From positions 32,001 to 96,000 of IMG/VR virus record IMGVR_UViG_3300044612_001159: 64,000 nt of DNA; one strand, given 5' to 3'. The first letter of the stretch is position 1. Each line of letters starts with the position of its first letter. Of the stretch, positions 56,294-64,000 are shown piece by piece. The position numbers were made by a program, and so were the translations under genes. The notes under the pieces were generated by a model. It was not told the origin of the DNA, searched no databases, and was given only the letters and a program-made list of their open reading frames with translations. The stretch is from a virus.

Positions 56294-56964
56294 TATACCT
56301 CTTCCAGTGTTACAGAAACATTCCAGTAATCAAACTTGGTTCCTCTTTTTTCAACCGAATATGAAAAATCACTAATAAACATTTCAACTAGTTGATTATA
56401 TTGCTGGAGATGCTTATACGGCTCTGGCGTACCCTTGAATATTCCTTTTCTATCATATGTAAGAAATACCCAAAATGATCCCTTGTGTGAGTCATACCAC
56501 TCTAACATGTCTGCTGCTCCTGCGCCTCCGTCTGTTGTGTATGCTTTATGTGGAGACAACCCAGTTGCTGAATTAAAATTTGGAAAATCCTCATGAGACC
56601 TAGATGGAATCATGTCCCAACTAGTGCTTATTGTAATCTTGTCTGCAATGTGATATGACCTCATTCGGCCATTAATCATTCGCTCCCGCTTTTCAATTCG
56701 CTCTGTCTTAATATCAATAGGCTGTCTGTTGTCATCAGTTAAAAATAAAAACTGGTCAACAAGAGATTCATCCTCTATGCTTTCTGGATCAGTACCAACC
56801 TCAAAACCAATTGGGACATACAGTTTTTTCTTTGGGGTTGTTATGCTTGCAGGGTCTTCTACGAGTGTACCAGAATTTTCAGACCACAGCATACCGCTTG
56901 GTCTGTTATATTTTTTACGACCATTGACATACAACAGCCTTGGATCTACATCACCTTCTGCCAC
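56293..56964 (-). CDS. distal tail-like protein
   Basis: follows TMP; RMINGRMR...W.VSVTLEEV. Confidence 0.6.
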   Translation of the reverse strand: MAEGDVDPRLLYVNGRKKYNRPSGMLWSENSGTLVEDPASITTPKKKLYVPIGFEVGTDPESIEDESLVDQFLFLTDDNRQPIDIKTERIEKRERMINGRMRSYHIADKITISTSWDMIPSRSHEDFPNFNSATGLSPHKAYTTDGGAGAADMLEWYDSHKGSFWVFLTYDRKGIFKGTPEPYKHLQQYNQLVEMFISDFSYSVEKRGTKFDYWNVSVTLEEV

Positions 56965-59900
56965 CTATAGCCACCCCCCTAATTCTTCTATCATCAACCC
57001 TCTTGATTGTTGCCATTACTGCTTGTGCAATTTCATCTGGATTTGCATCAGTCTTAGCATTAACTGTTAAGGTATATGTATTATTATACACTGAACCGCT
57101 AGACAATTCTCCGTTATTTATTTTTCTCATTGTATCTAGCCCATACGAATCAACAGCATATTTACTCATAATAAACTCGCCTGGAGTTAACATTGCTGGA
57201 ACTGTATCAGTACCCCTAGCAAATCCACCCATTGCAAATCTTTGAATTAAGCCACCCATGGCTTTCCAGTTTGCAAACTGCGATGCTGCTATGGCATTGC
57301 CACCAAACTTCTTAATATCTGCTGCAGCCTTTTTCTTTGCTGCTTCTTCTGCAGCCTTTTTAGCATTTGCTGCCTTTACCTCTGCAGAAAATGCTGCTGC
57401 GGAGGCTGCTTTTTGTGCTGGAGTATTTGTTAGTTCGTCTAAATGGGCATATGGAGTGGCGCCCATCTTTTTAATATTTGCATTAACAATTTCTTTATTA
57501 AAGGCATCTGCTCTATCCTTCATATTTAATAAATCATTAACATGGCTTCCTGCAGTTTGTCCAGCATTCTTAGTAATATTTGCTACTGTAACAGCATTAG
57601 CCAATCTTTGCAAGTCTTCTAAATGAAGCGCTGCAGTTGATCCGCCAGTATTAAGACCATAGTTAAGTGCATCAGCAGTTGAAGATCCTGTACTGCCACT
57701 ATTATTATTTGTGGTCGCACCGCCAGTATTTGTCGTGTTCACACCCCTAGGCTTGATGTCTGCTTGACTTGCCACACATTCACCTGTGTAATAATTGTAA
57801 TATGGTCTTGAAGGTCCACATGGCCCTTGTGGTGTTGTAGTTGTTGTTCCCTTATCATCCTGAACACAGTTTCCATTTACCATGCTGAATCCTGTAGGAC
57901 ATGGTTTTGCACCTGTCTCATCCTTAACACAGTTTCCATTTACCATTTTGTATCCTGTAGGACATACTGTTTCGGCATCACTCTTAACGCAGTTACCATT
58001 AACTAGTTTAAATCCTGGAGGACATGTAGTAACACCTGGACCTTCATACTCTCCAGCGGGAATGATTGGATCTGTATTTACTGTTTGATTCTTATAGGCA
58101 GCAATCAAAGCATTAACAATATTAAGAGCATCTTGCATTTGCTTAACGAATTGTGCGGAACTAACTCTTGCAAGATCAACCTCATTTTTAATTCTTTCCC
58201 ACGCATCTCTTGTTTTTCCTAATACAGTAATTCCCTCAATCGCTTTTTCTAAAGCAAGTTCGTTAAGTCTTAATGTCTCTCTGTTTGGCTCAAGACTCTT
58301 TTGTTCAATATCATAAATTTCGTCTTGAAGTTCTTTAATCCTTCCCTCAATTTCAATTCTACTTCTGCCGTCTTTAGATCTTAGTTGTGACAGTTCGTAC
58401 TCTCTTGACTTTTCTAAGGCATCTCTTTGTTTTGTTACAGCATCGGCTGCAGACTGCGCTCTCATTTCTTGTGCAGCACGAGCAGCAGCAGCAATGTCTC
58501 CAGATGTCAAAGCCTCAGCAAGAGTTAGTTGACCTTTCTGTTGCTGCGATATTGAGGCATTTGCTTTTTCAACTTCATCAAGAGCCTTTAATCTTTCATC
58601 ATATTTTTCATTTACCTTGGCCTCTTGGTCTTCAATTTCTTTTAAGCCTATTTCCTGTATTCTGATCTGTTCTTGTTTTACGGCAATTAGTTCTTCAGCC
58701 TTTTTAATTTCATCTTTTAATTTTTTATTTTCATCATCAAACTTAAATCTTAGCCTTGTTTCTTCTACATCAAACGCTTCCATTGCATTGCTATATCCAG
58801 TATCAAATATATCTTGCATTCCTTCAATAGTTACTTGCTTAAGTTTTAATTCAACCCTTGCTTTATCTACTGCCTTCTGAAGCAAATCTTTAAAATCTTT
58901 ATTGTCTATACCAAAATTAATTAATAAACCTTGTAGTGCAGAACTGTCCATAACTGCCTGGAGTTGTTCTTGTGTCAAACTTTCAAATGCTCCAGTGATT
59001 TTTGTTAATAAGTTTGCTCTATCTTTCAACTCTTGCTCTTCTTGTATACCAGCCTCTACAGCGGCATATTCTCTTTTGGCCTTAGTTGATTTATTCCATG
59101 CCTTGGTTATCTTTTTTATTTGTTCATCAGACAACTTTTTATTGGCAATTGCTGCTGCAAATGTGGCATCTGCTACTGCTTCTAGAGCAACAGAACCCTC
59201 TATACCTGCTGCCTGCAATCTCTTAAGTGCTGCAGTTTGATTGCCTATTTGGTTGGCCATTTTTTGCTGCTCACTAACAAATTCTCCAAGTTTAACAGAC
59301 TGTAGTGCATCTCCAATGCTCTTTGCACCATCTTTTATTTTTATAATATTTCCTTTTTTGTCAAACTCAAACAACTTACCCTTCTGCTTTTCATATTCTT
59401 TAGGATCCATTCCGACTATGAGTTCAATCAGGTCTTCTCCTGCTCCTAGTTTTCTCATATCGTTTTCAATACCGCTAAAAATTTCAATAGTTTTCTTTCC
59501 ACCAAATAGTTTATTTAGAGACTTGAATGAGGCATCAAAACCTTCTGTAACCTTGATTTGATTTTTACGAACATCTCTTAGGCGTTTTAAAAGATCATCT
59601 AATGGAGATGACTTTGGCTTATTTCCACTTCCTTTATTTGCTCCAGGTGCTGGCGCATTTGCAGTTATAGATGCCCCCTCTGTAACAGCCTTAAAGCCTT
59701 GCTGCTCTTTATAATGTGCAATTAGTGCAGCCTGAGACAATCCTTTGTACTGTGCTCCACCGTATGTTCGTCCCTCAATTACTGTATTTTCTTTTAGCCA
59801 TGTCTGATAGTCATCTGTTGCAACAATCTGTGGGTCTGGAACATTGATGACAGAAGCAATTGTAGTTGTATACACCTTTTGCTGGTCTTCTGTTAAAGTT

Positions 59901-62900
59901 TTAAAGTAATCTTCATTAAATGCATTAGTTCCTTTAACCTGTGGAATAATTTCGTACACCATGGTTGCTGTTAAATCTTTTTTGCCTTCAATGGCGTCAA
60001 GCATTGTGTTTAGTTGTTGATAGGCTGCATCATTTTCTGTGTAGTATTTAACCAAAACATTAGACGGTATAACTGCGTTTAAATTGTTTAACTTAATCAT
60101 ATTTTTAGCAAAGTCTAGTGCGTCTGAATCTTCTTCAAATGCTGAAACTTTAGTAATAAATTGTGCCTGTACTGTTTTGTCAATATCTCCCTTAGCGTTA
60201 AGAATATTTTGAGCAGCAACACCAATTGATTCAGATGTAGCACCACTAAACTTTGTTATAATATTCATCATCTTTGGAGCAATGTCTTTGTTATCTGTTG
60301 CCATCTGAAGAAGTTGTCTAAAAACTGATGGAGGAATATCGCCACTTGCCATTTTTGCCTGAATTAAAAATTCTTGACCTTTATCTATTGCGCCATCTTT
60401 ACGAAGTTGTCCTGCCTGTGCACCAACAACATCCATGTAAGCAATTTCATTTGGGTTATCTTTATATCTAGCCTTAGCAGCCTTTTTCATTCCACTCATC
60501 ATTGACTCTTGCATTCCTCCAGCACTGTTGTACTGAGAAACAATATCTTCTTGAATAACTCTTTGTGCTGCTGTTAAATCATTTCTTTTATCAATTAACT
60601 TTTCTTGCAATTCATTTGCTTCATTAATTTTTCCTTGAAGTCTTAACTCTTCAACTTTCTTTTCCATATACAAATCAAATGAATCTAGCATTTGCTTATT
60701 TTGCTCCATTGCAATTTTAGCATCTACTGCATATGCCGCTCCAAGTTGTGCAGATTGTTGAGTAAATTTCTTTGAGGCAAAATATCCACCAATTGCTCCT
60801 GCTGCAGCACCGATACCGCCACCAATTATTGCTCCAACAGCATTTCCAAGAACTGGGACAACGCTTCCAAGAGCAGCACCAAGTGTTGCTCCTATCGCTG
60901 CGCCACCTGCAGCAGATGCGCCTATGCCTACCTTTTGCATTGTTTTTTGTCCAGCAAGTTTAGTAATCATGCCAGCATTTTCAATGTTTGACATGTTTGA
61001 CTGCATTCTCTTTTGATTTTCGGCAATCATTCTTGTTCTAACTTCAAGAGGGTTTTTATCTAAATCCTCTCCGTTTGGTCCAAGAACTTTTTCCATTTGT
61101 GCAATAACTTTAAGGCCTATAGACATATCCCCTGCTTCTTTAGCAACATTCATTGCAAGACTTTTTGCCTGATTTACATCCATTGCTCCAGACATTACTG
61201 CAGTTGAAAGTTGACTTGTTAAATCAGAAACTGCTTGACCACCCCTGCCTGCTGCATTTTGTTTTGCTATGTTTTCAGTTAAAGCCTTTCCTTCTTTTGT
61301 TTGAGTAAAAGCCTCGCCGTATGTTGTTTTGCCTGTTGCTGGACCTAGCATTGAGAATGAATTCTTTCTTCTTAGATCCATTTGTTCTGATGCAGTTACT
61401 TTACCGCCAAACTTTGCGATACTTTGAATAGCAGAAGATGATCCTCTAAACTTTTCTGCTTCTTGCAAAACCTTTTCTTGAGCACTATTAAATGCCATTC
61501 TTAATGCAATAAATGCTCCAACTGTTGCTGTAAGCCCTGCAATTACTGCCATTACTGGGCTCTTTAGCATAGGCAAAATCATTGAAAGACCCATCAAAGG
61601 CATCATTATTTTTTGAGATATCTCCCCGACTTTTCCTGGAGCCATTGATCCTAGCATTGCAATACCAGAAGCAGCCATGGCTGCGCCACCAACACCCATT
61701 CCTGGCCCCTTGCCTGCTGCGACTCTTGCGGTCCTCTTGCCTTCTCGCTTTTGAATATAAGACTTAATTCTTCCAGATGGGGTCATTTTTTCTCCATCTT
61801 GTGCCATGTTTGCAGCAACCACTGGCTGAGGAACTGGAGCCTGTGCTGCTATCTTACTTAGTCTCTTGTTATCTCTTTCTAACTTTTTTAGTTTACGACG
61901 AAGAGATTTTTGGTTAGCATCTATTGGCCCTGTTCCGTATAGAGCAGTTCTAGACGCTGCTGCAGCAGACTGTGAAATAGTTAGACCAATCTTTTGTCCT
62001 GTTGACTTAGCCTCTGCTATAGAAGATCTTGCTCCAGCAACTATTGATGAACCTATTGCACTGCTTGATTCTGGAGCATCTGCAAAACCAGGAACTCTTA
62101 CACCTCTAGGACCTTGAACGATTCTCTTGCCCTTTTTGGGCTTATTCATTTCTCTTGTATCTTTTGGACTACCTGACTTAACGCCTCTAGTTTTTCTTCT
62201 TGTTTTTGGCTTTTCTGTTTTTCCATCTTCATCTTCAACCAATTCATCTGGCTTTACTAGAATAGCGTTATGCTTTGCGTGTACGAGTCTCCAGTTAACC
62301 TTTTTGCCTTCTTCAAGCCTGTCTATCATTGCCTGATAGTATTTTTGATCTTCTGGTCCAAGATTAAATTTTGCTATTGTTTCTTTTAGTTTTGGTAATG
62401 TTCTATCAATTTCAGCAATCATTGCTTTATGGTATTCATCAGGAGTCATATTCTTTGCAATGTCTGCCGTTGCATTTCCAAACCAGAACGGAGACTTTCC
62501 TGCTGCTGGGCCTTTAACTCCACTTAAATTCTTTTCTGCCATTTCAAGCATTGATGGCATTCTTTCTGCATAACCTCTTGCTCCAGATGCTCTATCTAGT
62601 ACACCAGCCTTGCCAACATCTACCAACCTATTTCCGCCTAAGTTTCCTTTCTTTAGGTCGTCATCACCACGAAGATTTGCTGCAACTAGTTGTCTAAAAT
62701 ATTGTTCCCTGCTAAAATTGCCTGACAATTCTTTTGGAGTAAACTTTGGATCATAGGCAGACTCAAGAGCAAACATTGTTTTTCCAGTGTATGGATCCTT
62801 AATAACTCTAAGTTCTTGCTTTGGAGCCTCAAGCCCATGAACATCTCTTGCTATTATTGTTGCTCTTTGCTCTGCAAGCGCTGCTCGCAAATCAGGCATT

Positions 62901-64000
62901 GGCTTTACATAAACTTTTTTGCCGTCTTCTGTTAGGAACACTCCAGAGGCATCACGAGCAGCAACATTGCTGTATCCAGTACCCTTTTCAAGTTGCTTGC
63001 CATATGTGGTAATTGGTCTGCCATCAATGTCTTCTGCGGTTAAGCCTTGTAGTGCTGCTCTTGCTTTTTCAAGAAGTTTTTTCCCTGCAGTACCGCCAAT
63101 CTTTACTGCACCAGTGTCTCCACCAGATCTTCCAGTTTTAAATACCCAGTTTCCGTTTTTATCCTGTACTAAAGAACCATTATTTCTTTTATCTGTTAAT
63201 GTCCAGTCATTTGGATTTTTAGACTTCTTCTTTCCACTAACTTCTGGTCTTTCGTATGCAACAACCTTGTCACCATCTCGCTTAACATCAAGCATTATTC
63301 CTGGGGCTTTTTTAGCAAGATCCTCTATTGCAGAAACAACAGATGGGTTAGTGTTTGGAGCATAAGTTCTTATATTTTTGATAAGATCTTCAACAGCCAT
63401 TTTCTTTGCGTCATACTTTATAGTTGAAGCAGATGCAGCGCCGATGCCAGCAACAGAGTATATCTTTTCAATTGCTGGTGCAATTCTTGGGTCTCTTGCA
63501 AGACCACCCATTACACCTGTTTTAAGATTACCCATTCGTGAGTATATTACTCTGTCACCTATTTTTGTTCCATCTGGAAGGTTTTGCAAAGACAATATTA
63601 AGTTTTTACGAATCTTGTTTGTTACTCTTGAAGCCTCGTCTGCGGTTAAATTAGAAGGTGGCTTCATTAACTGAGAAGTCATTGTTTCTACAGCACGAGC
63701 CTTTCTTATTTCTGCCTCGTATTCTCTTACATCTAAAGCATTATTTGTAAGTTTCTTGTGAACTTCTTCTGGAATGTCAAACCCAAGTCCACGATATCCT
63801 AATGCTCTTTCAATTCCTCTTGCCCCAAGGCTTGTTCGTATATCTCCAAACTGATCAGAAATATTTCTTGTTTGCATTTGCTGTGGTTTGGTTGCATGTG
63901 CAAAAACTGTATCTGGTTTAGTTCTTTTCTTTTTAGTTTTAGGAACAGCCGTTCCATCATTAATTAAAGAAGTAATAACTGGTCTATTTGCTGGATCTTG
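56951..64000 (-). CDS. tape measure protein with accessory domains (5' end outside the window)
   Basis: frame open to 64000; Gly/Ala TM-like repeats, long coiled coil, GG...GTDTVPAMLTPGEF C-terminus. Confidence 0.88.
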   Translation of the reverse strand, partial: QDPANRPVITSLINDGTAVPKTKKKRTKPDTVFAHATKPQQMQTRNISDQFGDIRTSLGARGIERALGYRGLGFDIPEEVHKKLTNNALDVREYEAEIRKARAVETMTSQLMKPPSNLTADEASRVTNKIRKNLILSLQNLPDGTKIGDRVIYSRMGNLKTGVMGGLARDPRIAPAIEKIYSVAGIGAASASTIKYDAKKMAVEDLIKNIRTYAPNTNPSVVSAIEDLAKKAPGIMLDVKRDGDKVVAYERPEVSGKKKSKNPNDWTLTDKRNNGSLVQDKNGNWVFKTGRSGGDTGAVKIGGTAGKKLLEKARAALQGLTAEDIDGRPITTYGKQLEKGTGYSNVAARDASGVFLTEDGKKVYVKPMPDLRAALAEQRATIIARDVHGLEAPKQELRVIKDPYTGKTMFALESAYDPKFTPKELSGNFSREQYFRQLVAANLRGDDDLKKGNLGGNRLVDVGKAGVLDRASGARGYAERMPSMLEMAEKNLSGVKGPAAGKSPFWFGNATADIAKNMTPDEYHKAMIAEIDRTLPKLKETIAKFNLGPEDQKYYQAMIDRLEEGKKVNWRLVHAKHNAILVKPDELVEDEDGKTEKPKTRRKTRGVKSGSPKDTREMNKPKKGKRIVQGPRGVRVPGFADAPESSSAIGSSIVAGARSSIAEAKSTGQKIGLTISQSAAAASRTALYGTGPIDANQKSLRRKLKKLERDNKRLSKIAAQAPVPQPVVAANMAQDGEKMTPSGRIKSYIQKREGKRTARVAAGKGPGMGVGGAAMAASGIAMLGSMAPGKVGEISQKIMMPLMGLSMILPMLKSPVMAVIAGLTATVGAFIALRMAFNSAQEKVLQEAEKFRGSSSAIQSIAKFGGKVTASEQMDLRRKNSFSMLGPATGKTTYGEAFTQTKEGKALTENIAKQNAAGRGGQAVSDLTSQLSTAVMSGAMDVNQAKSLAMNVAKEAGDMSIGLKVIAQMEKVLGPNGEDLDKNPLEVRTRMIAENQKRMQSNMSNIENAGMITKLAGQKTMQKVGIGASAAGGAAIGATLGAALGSVVPVLGNAVGAIIGGGIGAAAGAIGGYFASKKFTQQSAQLGAAYAVDAKIAMEQNKQMLDSFDLYMEKKVEELRLQGKINEANELQEKLIDKRNDLTAAQRVIQEDIVSQYNSAGGMQESMMSGMKKAAKARYKDNPNEIAYMDVVGAQAGQLRKDGAIDKGQEFLIQAKMASGDIPPSVFRQLLQMATDNKDIAPKMMNIITKFSGATSESIGVAAQNILNAKGDIDKTVQAQFITKVSAFEEDSDALDFAKNMIKLNNLNAVIPSNVLVKYYTENDAAYQQLNTMLDAIEGKKDLTATMVYEIIPQVKGTNAFNEDYFKTLTEDQQKVYTTTIASVINVPDPQIVATDDYQTWLKENTVIEGRTYGGAQYKGLSQAALIAHYKEQQGFKAVTEGASITANAPAPGANKGSGNKPKSSPLDDLLKRLRDVRKNQIKVTEGFDASFKSLNKLFGGKKTIEIFSGIENDMRKLGAGEDLIELIVGMDPKEYEKQKGKLFEFDKKGNIIKIKDGAKSIGDALQSVKLGEFVSEQQKMANQIGNQTAALKRLQAAGIEGSVALEAVADATFAAAIANKKLSDEQIKKITKAWNKSTKAKREYAAVEAGIQEEQELKDRANLLTKITGAFESLTQEQLQAVMDSSALQGLLINFGIDNKDFKDLLQKAVDKARVELKLKQVTIEGMQDIFDTGYSNAMEAFDVEETRLRFKFDDENKKLKDEIKKAEELIAVKQEQIRIQEIGLKEIEDQEAKVNEKYDERLKALDEVEKANASISQQQKGQLTLAEALTSGDIAAAARAAQEMRAQSAADAVTKQRDALEKSREYELSQLRSKDGRSRIEIEGRIKELQDEIYDIEQKSLEPNRETLRLNELALEKAIEGITVLGKTRDAWERIKNEVDLARVSSAQFVKQMQDALNIVNALIAAYKNQTVNTDPIIPAGEYEGPGVTTCPPGFKLVNGNCVKSDAETVCPTGYKMVNGNCVKDETGAKPCPTGFSMVNGNCVQDDKGTTTTTPQGPCGPSRPYYNYYTGECVASQADIKPRGVNTTNTGGATTNNNSGSTGSSTADALNYGLNTGGSTAALHLEDLQRLANAVTVANITKNAGQTAGSHVNDLLNMKDRADAFNKEIVNANIKKMGATPYAHLDELTNTPAQKAASAAAFSAEVKAANAKKAAEEAAKKKAAADIKKFGGNAIAASQFANWKAMGGLIQRFAMGGFARGTDTVPAMLTPGEFIMSKYAVDSYGLDTMRKINNGELSSGSVYNNTYTLTVNAKTDANPDEIAQAVMATIKRVDDRRIRGVAIGGRR
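57862..58024 (-). repeat. three CPxGxxxVNGNCV repeats in the TMP
   Basis: 60-63-nt tandem units. Confidence 0.85.

Noticed and set aside
1-64000. Bacterial chromosome or integrated prophage
   Set aside because: No integrase, rRNA or housekeeping operons; phage-type gene organisation throughout.

Overview
A 64-kb segment of a large, low-GC tailed dsDNA phage (siphovirus-like, very long tape measure protein). WhiB, AhpD, many leaderless genes and an S-layer-like protein point to an actinobacterial host, and a freshwater acI/Nanopelagicales host is a plausible inference. Layout: (i) 1-7000, + strand early region of small genes, each with strong sigma-A-type promoters, plus GP88-like, DUF932 and DUF1281-like genes and tRNA-Asp; (ii) 7000-7830, a largely non-coding repeat and DnaA-box region; (iii) 7830-22270, an accessory region with nine 2OG-Fe(II) oxygenases/cupins, a DenV-like glycosylase, a kinase-nucleotidyltransferase fusion, four tRNAs and a GPx-GPx-AhpC-AhpD redox block; (iv) 22270-64000, - strand: Trx, Hsp20, WhiB, CHAP lysin, S8 and Ntn proteases, secreted surface proteins, terminase, RuvC/Cas4/RecA/DnaE/SSB/DnaG/DnaB, tail genes, and a tape measure gene that runs off the window end. 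Most notable: a 7-copy, covarying H-type RNA pseudoknot sitting just after stop codons; a protein-kinase-like domain inside the tape measure protein; tandem DnaA boxes and CRP sites at phage promoters; and a C-terminal tag shared by two lysis-related proteins. All protein calls come from motif recognition, not database searches.
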